Origin: Methanotrichaceae archaeon
Lineage (GTDB): Archaea > Halobacteriota > Methanosarcinia > Methanotrichales > Methanotrichaceae
Direction: 5' to 3'
DNA length: 64,000 nt
Assembly: GCA_963754945.1 (NCBI GenBank)
Contig: CAVWIG010000007.1
Location: forward strand, 32,001-96,000
The notes beneath the pieces are model-generated. The model searched no databases and was not told the DNA's origin. It saw only the letters and a program-made list of their open reading frames with translations. Made by a program: the position numbers and the translations under genes. Positions 53,576 through 64,000 of this stretch are shown here, piece by piece (position 1 is the first letter of the stretch; each line of letters begins with the position of its first letter).

Positions 53576-53886
53576 TTATCACTCAATCAATACAATGTGA
53601 AGCACACATAAACAACTTGCCATAAGCCAACTATAGCCACCTGGTACATCGACTTGTATCGTCTTCAATTTGCCATAATCAAGTCCCTGGTGAACTACGC
53701 GCATGAACCCCACGAAAAGGCACGTTCTACCGCCATTTATTGGGACAAAGGAGGAGTAGACAATTAAACAATAAGATCTCCAGCGAGATTATCCTATCAG
53801 ATCGAAACCACAGAAGGGCTATCGGACCAGAGTATTGGCTTACTTCTCTCGGCCTCGATGCCCTCCACATCCTACGCCATGATTTT

Positions 53887-54312
53887 TTACTTTATAACGA
53901 ATGGTTTTTGATCGTTTCCGCCCTTCATCTTCGCCCACATGCACTCTGGATCTACGCCGAATTTGAACATGTATGGGTATTTTCTCAATTGATCGCTACC
54001 ATCGCCTGGCCTGTAGACCTTTTCCCCCTGGTAGTCGTTTACACCGTTGGGCTCCTGAACAAGCTGATGTTCAAGGAGAGGTATGCACTCGAGCCAACTA
54101 TTTGATTGAGACTGTTGCATGGCCCACTCCTCAACATTTGCAGCGCCGTTGGTCGGAACGTTTGAAGGCAGCTTCAAAGATCTACAACAGTTTGTGCATC
54201 CTACTAGCAGGACTCCGTTTGTATCATTCAAATGCAGGAAAGATCTTACGATGTTCCCCGGATCTATCTCTATTTCCTGGTCGCAAACGGGACAAATAGT
54301 TTTTAGTGCCAT
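53887..54312 (-). CDS. Hypothetical Zn-ribbon protein
   Basis: CPVC and CTNCC motifs, AGGAGG RBS. Confidence 0.65.
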   Translation of the reverse strand: MALKTICPVCDQEIEIDPGNIVRSFLHLNDTNGVLLVGCTNCCRSLKLPSNVPTNGAANVEEWAMQQSQSNSWLECIPLLEHQLVQEPNGVNDYQGEKVYRPGDGSDQLRKYPYMFKFGVDPECMWAKMKGGNDQKPFVIK

Positions 54313-54634
54313 CTCAACAAACCTCCTATAGCTTAAGATAATAGTGTCATTGAACTTATTTATACTTGAGCAATTATAGCCTGACGATAATTCGATAAGA
54401 AAATTGCGCCGGATAGTCCATTGGCAGCCCTGGATGATTACTAAGAACTCCAGAGCATCCTTGCCCAGGAGTCGTTCGCGTCATTGATAGTCCTTTGGTA
54501 GAGAGGACATGCATCGATAAAACCGCGGGTCTGATAACTATCCATCCAAAGCCTTTAGTTCGCCTGGACGAAAGTGCAACCCCGAAAGAGCGTAGTCTTA
54601 AGCAGAAAACCATCACAATGCGATTAGAGGTAAA

Positions 54635-54838
54635 ATGCCAACAACGAAAAACGGTCAGTACAGAAAGGACATCCACCCTGGACAGGAAGTGGATGTCGTG
54701 TTGAAGAACGATCAGCGAACGGGCAAGAGAACCCGTGGCATAGTGAAAGAGATCCTTACCAACTCATCCCATCATCCCCACGGCATCAAAGTGCGACTGG
54801 AAAATGGACAGGTGGGCAGGGTGCAAGAGATCCCGTGA
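54635..54838 (+). CDS. YwbE/DUF2196 family protein
   Basis: KNDQRTGKRTRG...ILTNSSHHPHGIKVRL..GQVGRV. Confidence 0.92.
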   Translation: MPTTKNGQYRKDIHPGQEVDVVLKNDQRTGKRTRGIVKEILTNSSHHPHGIKVRLENGQVGRVQEIP

Positions 54839-54978
54839 TATCCCTGCAAACGATTGCTATGCAACCACTCCGCGAGTGTCAACTTTATTCACGGATCTTC
54901 ATTTCGGGCTTAAGAGATTCAGATTCTCTGCTTTGCTCAAACCTTAACCTTTTATCCTATTCTTGCATTGATTTCTAC

Positions 54979-55260
54979 ATGGTAAAAGAAGTTCATGCAG
55001 CCCACATCCTCGTGAAGAGCGACAAGAAAGCCTTGGAAGTCCTGGATAAGCTAAACAAAGGCCTGAGCTTCACTGAAGCGGCAAGAAAGTATTCGGATTG
55101 CCCTTCTAGCAAGAGCGGAGGAGATCTTGGATGGTTTGGCAAGGGCAGAATGGTGCCCGAGTTCGAGAAGGTCGCTTTCGAAGGTGACAAGGGCAAGTTG
55201 CTTGGCCCGGTGAAAACCCAGTTTGGGTATCACTTGATCAAGGTTCTGGACAAAAAATAA
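54979..55260 (+). CDS. ppiC: Parvulin-type peptidyl-prolyl isomerase
   Basis: HAAHILVK, SDCPS..GGDLGWF, MVPEFE, KTQFGYHLI. Start corrected to ATG 54979. Confidence 0.93.
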   Translation: MVKEVHAAHILVKSDKKALEVLDKLNKGLSFTEAARKYSDCPSSKSGGDLGWFGKGRMVPEFEKVAFEGDKGKLLGPVKTQFGYHLIKVLDKK

Positions 55261-55441
55261 TCAAGATCAAGTGAACCTCTCTCTTATGTTTTGTCCGTTC
55301 TGTCACGCAAAGTATGGAGATCATGAAGGAAGAAATGGTCCGAGTCGGTTTAATCGTATTGTATCCTTGACATAATGAGGGCTGAATGCCTACTACTCGA
55401 AAACGGACCGGCTTATAAAATAGTTAAAGGTATAGAGACAA

Positions 55442-56455
55442 CTACAGAATTATCTCTATATCCAGCTCTTCAGCCAGTTCCTTATAACGGTTTCTTATGG
55501 TGACCTCAGTCACGCCTGCCACATCCGCAACTTCGCGCTGTGTCCTGCGGTCCCCGCAAAGGATCGAGGCGATGTAGATTGCTGCTGCGGCAACGCCCGT
55601 TGGTCCACGCCCAGAGGTCAGCTCCTTCTCTGCTGCCTGCCGCAGGATCTCTATGCCTTTGGCCTGCACCTCGCCTTTGAGGTTCAGCCCGGAGCAAAAC
55701 CTTGGGATGTAGTCAATCGGACTCGTCGGCATCAGCTTGAGTGCCAGCTCTCTGGAGACGAACCTGTAGGTTCGACCGATCTCCTTCCTGCTAACCCTTG
55801 AAACCTCTGCGATCTCATCCAAGGTTCGCGGCACGTTGCACTGCCTGCACGCAGCGTAAAGGGCAGCGGCGGCTACGCCCTCTATGCTTCGCCCGCGGAT
55901 GAGGTTCTTGTCAACGGCTTTTCTGTAGACAACTGCTGCTGTCTCTCTGACGTTCCTGGACAGTCCAAGGGCAGATGCCATCCTGTCCAGCTCGGACAAT
56001 GCGAAGGCCAGGTTTCTCTCGGTGGCATTGCTGACCCGGATGCGCCTCTGCCACTTCCTGAGCCTGTAGAGTTGAGCCCTGTTCTTGGAGGATATTGTCT
56101 TTCCGTAGGAATCCCTGTTTCTCCAATCGATCATTGTGGAGAGGCCCTTGTCGTGTATTGTGTAGGTCATGGGCGCGCCGACCCTCGATCTCTTCATGCG
56201 CTGATCGTGGTCGAAGGCCCTCCACTCTGGCCCCTGATCTATGAAGTTCTCATCTATGACGAGACCGCAGTCGGAACACACGAGCTCTGCCCGCTCATAG
56301 TCCCGCACCAGAGTGTGGCTCTTACACTCCGGACACTCTACGGTGAACTTCTCGAACTCGTCAACCTTCTCCTTCTCTCGTTTTAGCCGGGTCTTCTCCT
56401 TGATCTTTTCCGGTTCAGTCCTCTCTATCTCTCTTATCTTCTCTATCTCTTCCAC
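55442..56455 (-). CDS. tfb: Transcription initiation factor IIB
   Basis: CPEC..CSDCG Zn ribbon, GPEWRAF, two cyclin repeats, [12 protein letters not shown]. Confidence 0.98.
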   Translation of the reverse strand: MEEIEKIREIERTEPEKIKEKTRLKREKEKVDEFEKFTVECPECKSHTLVRDYERAELVCSDCGLVIDENFIDQGPEWRAFDHDQRMKRSRVGAPMTYTIHDKGLSTMIDWRNRDSYGKTISSKNRAQLYRLRKWQRRIRVSNATERNLAFALSELDRMASALGLSRNVRETAAVVYRKAVDKNLIRGRSIEGVAAAALYAACRQCNVPRTLDEIAEVSRVSRKEIGRTYRFVSRELALKLMPTSPIDYIPRFCSGLNLKGEVQAKGIEILRQAAEKELTSGRGPTGVAAAAIYIASILCGDRRTQREVADVAGVTEVTIRNRYKELAEELDIEIIL

Positions 56456-56721
56456 TTATTACCATCTCTCCCCGACGTCTCGTCAACGTAGAGTTTCTTT
56501 CCGACGTGGACTGCGGCGTTAATTCCTCTGTTTGGCCGAACGATGATGTAGGGATGCCTTACAGGGCCGAATATGTCAAAAACTCTCCCGATCTTCATCC
56601 TCTTCTGGTCAACGACTACAGAATTAGTTTGGGGAATCTGTGTCTCAATTCCTTCGACAGGCTCGCTACGTACTATCAGTCTGTTCTGAACAACATGGAG
56701 GGCGGTGCCCAACCTTCTCAA
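56443..56721 (-). CDS. gar1: H/ACA RNP subunit Gar1/Naf1
   Basis: [15 protein letters not shown], in the conserved position upstream of tfb. Confidence 0.9.
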   Translation of the reverse strand: MRRLGTALHVVQNRLIVRSEPVEGIETQIPQTNSVVVDQKRMKIGRVFDIFGPVRHPYIIVRPNRGINAAVHVGKKLYVDETSGRDGNKWKR

Positions 56722-56842
56722 ACGGCCACCTTCATCTATATAGATATAGAAGCTATATTTAAACCTTCCGAAAACGTTTTATTGATGACTTCAATTCCGC
56801 CCGCCCTAAAGCTTTATCTGCCCTCGCCGGCATTATCAAACG

Positions 56843-57772
56843 ATGTTCGAGAGACTGCCCACTGTCCCGCTCTCCCAGGAGCTAATTGATCGTGCCTTCA
56901 AGCGCGCTTCAAAGGCCGGAATGATACCAGGTAACGACGAGTCGATGGTTCGAACCGCCGGAAATGTACTCTCAGATAACCTGGCTAATCTTATCCGGAA
57001 GTTTCCATCCTTCGAGAACCTCCCGCCCTTGTACCGGGACCTGGCCGATATCCTTGTTGGCATAGACGCTATGAGAATCAGCCTTTCTAGGCTCCATTGG
57101 GCCTCCCGACAGGTGAAGGATATCTCCAGGGAATACACAATGAAGATCAAGCACGGCCAGGACAAATCGGCCATGAGGAGATCGGCCTATGGAAGGATGT
57201 CCTCGGTTATCAAATCTATAGAGAAGGACCTCATTTTTCTCAACGAAGCACGGGACAAACTGCGCAAACTGCCCAGCATCGATCCGCAGATGCCGGCAAT
57301 TTTAATCGCCGGATATCCTAACGTCGGGAAGTCCAGCTTTATAAGGCTGGTCACAGGAGCCCGGCCTGAGATCGCCAGTTACCCCTTCACTACTCAGGCG
57401 ATTTACGTGGGTCATTTCACTAGAAACGGCCAGAAGTACCAGGTGATAGACACCCCGGGGCTCCTTGATAGACCCTTGTCCGAAAGAAATGAGATGGAAC
57501 GACAGTCCGTTGCAGTCCTGCGCCATCTAAATGGAGTCGTTCTCTTCATTATTGACCCGACGGGCCACTCTGGTTATCTACTGGAGGATCAGCTCAGGCT
57601 TGTAGAGGATATTAAAGGTTGGATAGAGCTTCCCGTGCTTGTTGTAGCCAACAAGGCGGACTTGGCGAATTACTCCGAGACTCCAACAATGTCAACTCTG
57701 ACTGGCGCAGGGGTTGACGAGGCTCTGGACATTCTTTTAGACCGTCTAAATAACCTCAAGAGTCCTGCTTGA
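56843..57772 (+). CDS. NOG1 family GTPase
   Basis: FERLPTVP, AGYPNVGKSS, YPFTT, DTPGLLDR, NKAD. Confidence 0.93.
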   Translation: MFERLPTVPLSQELIDRAFKRASKAGMIPGNDESMVRTAGNVLSDNLANLIRKFPSFENLPPLYRDLADILVGIDAMRISLSRLHWASRQVKDISREYTMKIKHGQDKSAMRRSAYGRMSSVIKSIEKDLIFLNEARDKLRKLPSIDPQMPAILIAGYPNVGKSSFIRLVTGARPEIASYPFTTQAIYVGHFTRNGQKYQVIDTPGLLDRPLSERNEMERQSVAVLRHLNGVVLFIIDPTGHSGYLLEDQLRLVEDIKGWIELPVLVVANKADLANYSETPTMSTLTGAGVDEALDILLDRLNNLKSPA

Positions 57773-58166
57773 TCACGTATTTTATCAGATCCGGTGAGAG
57801 CTGGACCTCTCTAGAGATTGTCATGGCTATCTCGGTGGAGTCCAATCCCATGGATCTGAGCTGCTCTATTCTGCTTAAGACGTCGTCGTTGATATTGCAG
57901 TAATCTCGAAGGGTTTTTCTGTTGCCGCAGACATCGCCCTCTATCAGCTCTATTCCCTGCATCACCAGGAACATCTCTCCCGCTTTGGGCAGAGTCTTGC
58001 GGTATGGCTCAGGAACCTGAATTGCCCTTATTCTTGGGCAGTTTTGGAGCAACCTGAAAATATCCGCATTGGATGCGCTAAAAGCTAAATGGACCATCTG
58101 CTCATTTCTATTAAGCATGTCAATCTCGTTCTTTGAACTTACAATTCTGAGCTTCAACATCCTCAC
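57756..58166 (-). CDS. DUF1699 family protein
   Basis: RIVSSKNEI..L..NE.MVHLAF...CP.IRAIQVP...QGIELIEGDV. Confidence 0.85.
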   Translation of the reverse strand: MRMLKLRIVSSKNEIDMLNRNEQMVHLAFSASNADIFRLLQNCPRIRAIQVPEPYRKTLPKAGEMFLVMQGIELIEGDVCGNRKTLRDYCNINDDVLSRIEQLRSMGLDSTEIAMTISREVQLSPDLIKYVIKQDS

Positions 58167-58443
58167 CTTTTACATCCTCTTAAATCATCAACATGCTTCA
58201 ATTAATTGCTCCTTACTTATATGTTTTTGGTTTTCAAACAATATTGCTGATTCTGAACAATCGTCCCTGGCCCCCAGAAGTTTATCTTTTTATTCATGCC
58301 ATAAGATGAGGATTTCTATTTACTAACAGATTTCTTCGCAATGAGTAGTTTTCGCCGAAATTCATACCTTTTTTGCTTTGAAGACATCGATTCTCCTTGA
58401 ATTACACTCTTTTTCGATCATTTTTCGACAGCTTCCGCTCGGC

Positions 58444-59382
58444 CTAGATGACTTTGGCATTTTTCAGTGTGCAGAGTTGATATAAGTTGAAAGCAAATGC
58501 CGCCACCATCATCTTAGTGTGAACCCTCTGAACAGTTGTAACCAGCACTCTACCAGAATCGAACACTCTTTTAATAACTGCGTGAGGCCGTTCGCCTGGT
58601 GCTCTGAGCTTGCTGATCAATCGATTTCTCTCCTTATCGAGCTCACCTAGAGGCTTATCGGTGGTCCTGCGTTTCATTGTGAAATCCACGCCCTTAGCCT
58701 CCGCCCCAAAGTATCCTCTATCTCTGAGCACCACTTCATTCTCGACAGATAGATCAACCTGACTATCATGCAGCGATGCCGTGGTAGTCTCGATTTCGCG
58801 TATCAGACCATAATCGATATCGCTTTTCTGATGGAGCTTATAGCCGAAATGTGTTTCATTTCCTTTCTTAGCCCATGTGCCATCTTTACTGCGACGAGTT
58901 CTGGCCTCGTTGCCGCGTGGCTTCTTGGAAGAACCAGGATCAGCTTCAATGAATGTAGCATCTTGAATCGTTCCCATGATGACAACTAATCCCATAGCAA
59001 CAAGCTGTCTTTGAAGTTCCGCCCAAACAATCTTGTTCTTCCCGGTTTTTTCCATGCGATCTCTGAATAACCATATTGTGCTGGAATCGGGGAATGGCTC
59101 AGGATACCCAAGAAATTCCATGAACGATAGGCGATCTGCTATCTGTCTTTCTGCTTCAAGATCACTCAAGCCAAACCACTGCTGAAGAATTAGAATCTTG
59201 AACATGAGAATAACGTCGCTGTTCGGCCTTCCCCCTTTCTCACTCTTGTTATTGTACATTTCATCGAGATGACCGCGAATCGGAACCCAATCGATCTTAT
59301 CCGATATCTCCAATAGCCTATTTCCAGTCTTGTTGTTCTTCTTTTTGACTTGTTGCAACGCCCAGATGATAAAAGAATTCAT
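58444..59382 (-). CDS. IS5-family transposase
   Basis: GGRP, GLSDLEAE, IQDATFI, FGYKLH, HDSQ, DRGY, RAPGERP. Confidence 0.92.
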   Translation of the reverse strand: MNSFIIWALQQVKKKNNKTGNRLLEISDKIDWVPIRGHLDEMYNNKSEKGGRPNSDVILMFKILILQQWFGLSDLEAERQIADRLSFMEFLGYPEPFPDSSTIWLFRDRMEKTGKNKIVWAELQRQLVAMGLVVIMGTIQDATFIEADPGSSKKPRGNEARTRRSKDGTWAKKGNETHFGYKLHQKSDIDYGLIREIETTTASLHDSQVDLSVENEVVLRDRGYFGAEAKGVDFTMKRRTTDKPLGELDKERNRLISKLRAPGERPHAVIKRVFDSGRVLVTTVQRVHTKMMVAAFAFNLYQLCTLKNAKVI

Positions 59383-59391
59383 AATATCTAA

Positions 59392-59573
59392 TAGTATTGT
59401 TAGTATATAAACATTTCGATAGTTATAGAATAAATGGTAAGTTCATTGGAACCCTCTGAATGGTAGGTTTATAAGAGTCCTCTAGTATTGTTATTATATA
59501 AACATTTCGATAGTTATAGAATAAATGGTAAGTTCATTGGAACCCTCTGAATGGTAGGTTTATAAGAGTCCTC
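59392..59573. repeat. 91-bp tandem duplication (59392-59482 / 59483-59573)
   Basis: Two copies of TAGTATTGTTA...GAGTCCTC with one visible mismatch. Confidence 0.92.
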
Positions 59574-59957
59574 AAGATGTCAATTTTATCTTTCTCAACT
59601 CGATATGCTTTACCGCGAAATTATTTGTTCCAAATGAAGACTTCTTCTGAAATCCTTAAAAATATTAGTTAAACTATTTTTATCTATTGTGACCATGCCC
59701 ACTGCAATTAAGCGATTATTAATAACTATATTACTAACATATCCCTTTGAGGATTTTGATTGCTTTCCGTCAATTTCACGTAAACTTTTCCGACATCGCT
59801 TTCTTTAATGCATACAGTTCACGCAACATTTTCTCGATATGGTCTATTGAATCCGTGCGCGATGGGTTGTGACTATAAATAGGTAATATAAATAATATGA
59901 TAATGGCACGTTCCCGTTTGCTCGCGTTAAATATCTAATTATATTAACTAACCGTGA

Positions 59958-60521
59958 TTATATCGCTGAAACCACCTTGAAGACATAAAGTTGTTCGAAA
60001 AAATATCTTTCCACTGCCACCTGGGACACTTCAAAACCAAGATTTATTGCAGTCACTTTAACCATAGATATCCCTGTTTGGCTAGATAACAAAATAAGGG
60101 CCCGGCCTCCGGGAGTCAGGTGGGACCCAAGCTCTTCGAAGAACCTTTCTATCGTTTCTCGTCCGCTCTCGCCACCGTCAAGGGCGAAGTTCATCCACCC
60201 CGCAGTCTTCTCTCCTTCGGAGGTTGGAAGGTACGGAGGATTGAAAATGACCATGTCGAACTTGGCCTTGATGCCCCGGAAGAGATCAGCTCGAATTACT
60301 GGAATGCCGTATTCTTTCACTGTACTCACAGCGATGGGATTTATATCAGTTGCCAGAACCTCTCGAACTCTGGGAGCAAGATTCCTTGATATCAATCCGT
60401 TCCCACAGCCGACCTCCAGCACCCTGTCAGAATCCCTCGCCTCAGCCATGGCGGCCTTCAGGAGCAGGTAAGTATCTTCAGCGGGCTCATACACCTCGCC
60501 TTCGTTCCCGGACTGTGCCAT
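59958..60521 (-). CDS. HemK2/MTQ2-like protein methyltransferase
   Basis: VYEPAEDTYLL, LEVGCGNG, FNPPYLP, DGG..GR. Confidence 0.92.
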   Translation of the reverse strand: MAQSGNEGEVYEPAEDTYLLLKAAMAEARDSDRVLEVGCGNGLISRNLAPRVREVLATDINPIAVSTVKEYGIPVIRADLFRGIKAKFDMVIFNPPYLPTSEGEKTAGWMNFALDGGESGRETIERFFEELGSHLTPGGRALILLSSQTGISMVKVTAINLGFEVSQVAVERYFFEQLYVFKVVSAI

Positions 60522-60580
60522 TCTGGATACTGAATTTGGAGCAAGTACAATAAGGTTTGCCTAGATGCCACTTAAACGGG

Positions 60581-60760
60581 TTAGTAAATAACTTCAGACT
60601 TTGTTTTCAAGTATAGGTTGTCAACGAACTTGCATATCTCCCTCAACAAACAAGGGTTATTGGACCAGATTCCAGCCTCTATGTTGCCCTCGAATCCGCC
60701 TCTAGTGAGATTGGCCGATGTTGCTATCGCTTCTTTCAGGTCCACAAGGTAATCAGCCAT
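60581..60760 (-). pseudogene. Remnant of a phospholipase D (HKD)-like domain
   Basis: A 59-aa frame contains YLVD..AIATSANLTRGGFEGNIEAG, the post-HKD S-A-N..N-x-E signature. HxK is absent. Confidence 0.45.
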
Positions 60761-60923
60761 ACAGCGCTAGGCCTCTTATTATTCTTGAAAGACTATGTTA
60801 TAAAAAGATAACTCCATCAATATACAAACCCTATAAACGAAACTTTAACGGTCAATGACTGCAAGTCAAGCTAGAAAAATTGAGACGCGCACTAAATAAA
60901 GAAATGAAGTTTGCCGGGTTGAT

Positions 60924-62603
60924 TTACATCATTCCCGGCATTCCCATGCCGCCCATTCCGGGCATGCCACCCATACCACCCATGCCTGGCATTCCACCGG
61001 GCATACCGCCTGCACCAGGACCCTCTGGCTTCTTCTTGGTTGATGACAGGACATCATCGATCCGAAGTATCAACGAGGCTGCATCGGTTGCCGACTGAAT
61101 GGCCTGGACCTTTACCCTCAAGGGCTCCACAACGCCCAGATCGTACATATCCACGATCTTGCCGGTGTAGACGTTCAGCCCTGCCTTCTTGTTGGTATCG
61201 TGCCCTTTTTTGAGCTCCACCAGTTTGTCTATGGAGTTGAAACCAGCGTTCTCCGCAAGGGCTTTTGGCACGACCTCCAAAGCCTCGGCAAACTTGGCCA
61301 CTGCAAGCTGCTCTCTGCCTTTCAGGGTGCTAGCGTACTCTCTGAGCCGGAGGGATAGCTCGACCTCGGGAGCTCCGCCACCGGGAAGCACCCTCTGGTC
61401 TTCTATGACGTCAGCTACTGCGTGCACAGCATCGTCCAGGGCCCGCTCAATGCTGTCTAGGACCTGCTGGGTTCCGCCTCGAAGGACTAGCGTCACTGCC
61501 TTATTTCTGGCACCGGAAACAAAGGTCATGGCCCCGTTGCCCATCTTTTTCTCTTCCACTAGATCGGCAGTTCCAAGGTCAGACGGCTTCAGCTCATCGA
61601 GGTTTGTCACTATGTTGGCTCCCGTGGCCCTGGAGAGCCGGTCGAGATCGCTTCTGTTCACTCTTCGCAGTGCGAGCACTCCGGCGTCGGCCAGGTGGTG
61701 CTGAGCCAGGTCTTCTATGCCCTTTTGACAGAAGACAACGTTTGCTCCACTTGCAAGGACCTTGTCCACAACCGCCTCTATGGCCGCCTTCTCCTGATCC
61801 ATGAATAGCTGGAACTGTGAAGACGTTTTTATTTTCAGCTCAGCCTTAGTCTCGGTGTCCCTGACCTCGATGGGGGCGCTGAGCAAGAGGATCTTTGCCT
61901 TCTCGATTAACCTCGGCATGTTCTGGTGGGCTCGGGTCTTGTCAACCACTATGCCTTCGATGAGCTCTGAGTCCTCAATACTCTCTCCGACCTTTTTCTC
62001 CACTTTGATCTTATCCAGGTCCACCTTTCTCTTGCCGCCTGTAGTCTCCACTGCCGACAATACGATGTCGACTGCGTAACTGGATATCTTGCCCTCTGGG
62101 GTCTCTGCCCACTTGCCTGTCATTGCCGTCTTGGCGATCTTGTCCAGAAGGTTTCTGTCACTAACCGGGACGTCTATTGCCATAGAATCCAGGATCTCGA
62201 AGGCCTTCTTGGCTGCAAGGCCGTAGCCGTCCACGATCACTGTGGGATGCACTCCCTGCCCCAAGAGGTCTTCGGCTTTTTTGAGCAACTCTCCCGCAAA
62301 GATGGCAACTGTTGTTGTCCCGTCTCCAACCTCAGAATCCTGGGTCTTGGCAGCCTCGATGATCATCTTCGCTGCAGGGTGTTGAACTTCCATCTCTTTC
62401 AGGATGGTTACACCGTCGTTGGTTATTGTCACGTCGCCTGATGAGGCCACAAGCAGTTTGTCCATGCCCTTGGGGCCCAGGGTGGACCTCACAGCATTGG
62501 CCACTGCGCGGGCCGCCATTATATTGTTGGACATGGCATCTTTGCCCGTCTCCCTGCGAGTATCTCTCAGAATGATGATTGGCGTTCCACTTAGTCCTGC
62601 CAT
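60924..62603 (-). CDS. ths: Thermosome (group II chaperonin) subunit
   Basis: [30 protein letters not shown], and a GGM-repeat tail. Confidence 0.97.
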   Translation of the reverse strand: MAGLSGTPIIILRDTRRETGKDAMSNNIMAARAVANAVRSTLGPKGMDKLLVASSGDVTITNDGVTILKEMEVQHPAAKMIIEAAKTQDSEVGDGTTTVAIFAGELLKKAEDLLGQGVHPTVIVDGYGLAAKKAFEILDSMAIDVPVSDRNLLDKIAKTAMTGKWAETPEGKISSYAVDIVLSAVETTGGKRKVDLDKIKVEKKVGESIEDSELIEGIVVDKTRAHQNMPRLIEKAKILLLSAPIEVRDTETKAELKIKTSSQFQLFMDQEKAAIEAVVDKVLASGANVVFCQKGIEDLAQHHLADAGVLALRRVNRSDLDRLSRATGANIVTNLDELKPSDLGTADLVEEKKMGNGAMTFVSGARNKAVTLVLRGGTQQVLDSIERALDDAVHAVADVIEDQRVLPGGGAPEVELSLRLREYASTLKGREQLAVAKFAEALEVVPKALAENAGFNSIDKLVELKKGHDTNKKAGLNVYTGKIVDMYDLGVVEPLRVKVQAIQSATDAASLILRIDDVLSSTKKKPEGPGAGGMPGGMPGMGGMGGMPGMGGMGMPGMM

Positions 62604-62721
62604 AGAACAATCCTCCACTATCTTATCTCAAGATTACAGTATTTGCTCTTCTATAAAACCCTTTTCCAGGATGGCGAATACTGTTAAATAGTACAAATGC
62701 GAGAGAAAGGCTGCCTTCTGT

Positions 62722-62807
62722 GCGGGGGTTGCCAAGTGGTCAAAGGCGCTGGATTCAGGGTCCAGTCGTGCAGACGTTCGCGGGTTCGACTCCCGTCCTC
62801 CGCACCA
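62722..62807 (+). tRNA. tRNA-Leu (anticodon CAG), CCA encoded
   Basis: Cloverleaf with acceptor GCGGGGG/CCTCCGC-ACCA, anticodon arm CTGGA-TTCAGGG-TCCAG, long variable arm, and T-loop GTTCGAC. Confidence 0.95.
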
Positions 62808-63151
62808 ATTTACTAAGCTGATATCGGTTTTGCTTCAGACTGCCTTTGATTATGTCGATGTCGCGTTGAAATATACTTTTCGCGGCATAACCGTGTGTTA
62901 TGTCGCGTAACTCGGAACTCAAATGCACACCCTTGAATCTCCCATCGTGCAAAATTACCTTTTCCTACAATATTGCACCATATTTTAAAGCATTAACATC
63001 GAATAGCCGATTGGACAAATGCCTGGAAGTCAGAGGTCCGTGTTCCATGAGTGTCAGGGAGTATCTTAGAGGTTTTAGAATCATTAGGATCAAAATGTTC
63101 ATTAAAGAAAAAGTGGCGGCTTGCCGGGAATCAAGATACCAGACATCCATC

Positions 63152-63730
63152 TCATTCCAAAAGCCAGACTGGCCCGTGTCCCGGGTAAATTGTCTTAGCA
63201 TTCAGGGCTCGTATTCTCTGCCAGCTTGTTTCGACTTGGTGCATTGGATCTTCTCCCCACGTTGGTCCAGGTAAGTCGCCTGTAAACGCAATTCCCTCAT
63301 CCAGGATCAAGCTGATACTGTCATCTGTATGGCCCGGTGTGTGTATTATTTCACCCTCTATGCCCAAATGCAACAAGAACGCCCGGCTGTCTAAGAAGCT
63401 GAGATCGAGATTGTCATCAAGGGCAATCTCAAGGAAAGGATTACTTGGTTTCATGTACTTGCGTAACGTTGGGATTGAGGATTGCTGGTTCTCTACGACA
63501 ACAAGCCGAATGCCTATCGACTTGACTTCCTGCGCCAGGCCCGCATGATCTGGATGGTAATGCGTTACCAGCAAATACTTGACATCCTGTAGCGGGACGC
63601 GCTTTCTTTTGAAGATGCTAAGCAATTTGGGCAATGTGCCAGGCCACCCAACGTCAATTAAGAGTCGGGTGGTGTCCTGGCCGATCAGGTAGTAATTCGT
63701 TGAGTCGTATCCGACATTTAGGATATTCAT
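63152..63730 (-). CDS. Metallo-beta-lactamase-fold hydrolase
   Basis: THYHPDHAG, HTPGHT, FTGD, YPGHG. Start placed at MNILNVG. Confidence 0.9.
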   Translation of the reverse strand: MNILNVGYDSTNYYLIGQDTTRLLIDVGWPGTLPKLLSIFKRKRVPLQDVKYLLVTHYHPDHAGLAQEVKSIGIRLVVVENQQSSIPTLRKYMKPSNPFLEIALDDNLDLSFLDSRAFLLHLGIEGEIIHTPGHTDDSISLILDEGIAFTGDLPGPTWGEDPMHQVETSWQRIRALNAKTIYPGHGPVWLLE

Positions 63731-64000
63731 CTTACTTTGCCGAGTAAGATCAATAGTTGCCACATTATAGTTTACGTGCGAATTGTATTTCATGGTGACG
63801 AGATGACGAGAATGACGGGCGTTCTTGTGTTCTATTTGATTTTGAGACTAAGCGATGAAACATATTCATAACGGATATATATTTTGTTCTGTAGAAAAGC
63901 CTATGAAACTATTTGTTTTTAATATTTTTATAATCATTCAATTTTGTAATACTACGTTTAACCAAGAGTATCTCCTTTTCATCTACTTCTTTATAGATCC

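Larger units (their letters stand above)
58308..59573 (-). mobile_element. IS5-family element with duplicated end
   Basis: Ends GAGGATTTCTAT / ATAAGAGTCCTC. 5-bp direct repeat AAGAT at 58303-58307 and 59574-59578. Confidence 0.8.

Noticed and set aside
59392-59573. Tandem 91-bp repeat as a CRISPR or ncRNA array
   Set aside because: Only two adjacent copies with no spacer. It is an IS end.
60924-61020. GGM-coding short repeats
   Set aside because: Normal chaperonin C-terminal tail.

Overview
A 64-kb chromosomal window from a methanogenic archaeon, most likely Methanothrix/Methanotrichales. That assignment is inferred from the gene content (PolD large subunit, TFB-Gar1, thermosome, methanogenesis marker 2/MtxX, Thg1, PRC-barrel, DUF1699) and the style of the secreted proteins. 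Core genes (drg, guaAA, polC, tfb, gar1, NOG1, HemK2, thermosome, tRNA-Leu CAG) alternate with cell-surface genes. These include a 240-aa secreted Gln/Asn/Gly 30-residue-repeat protein resembling curli amyloid subunits, a 2873-aa Ig-repeat/SdrD-B/propeller adhesin-like protein, and a Cys-repeat protein. An accessory region at about 29.6-46.7 kb is decaying. It holds a degraded HxlR redox operon, a TPR-nuclease fusion, a RelBE-like pair with a frameshifted toxin, an IS256 nested in an IS630, an IS5, an IS110 remnant and a partial methionine gamma-lyase duplicate. Five IS elements have readable ends and target-site duplications, which allows two interrupted host genes and the interrupted IS630 transposase to be reconstructed. 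No CRISPR array or rRNA was seen. All family calls come from motif recognition by eye, not database searches.
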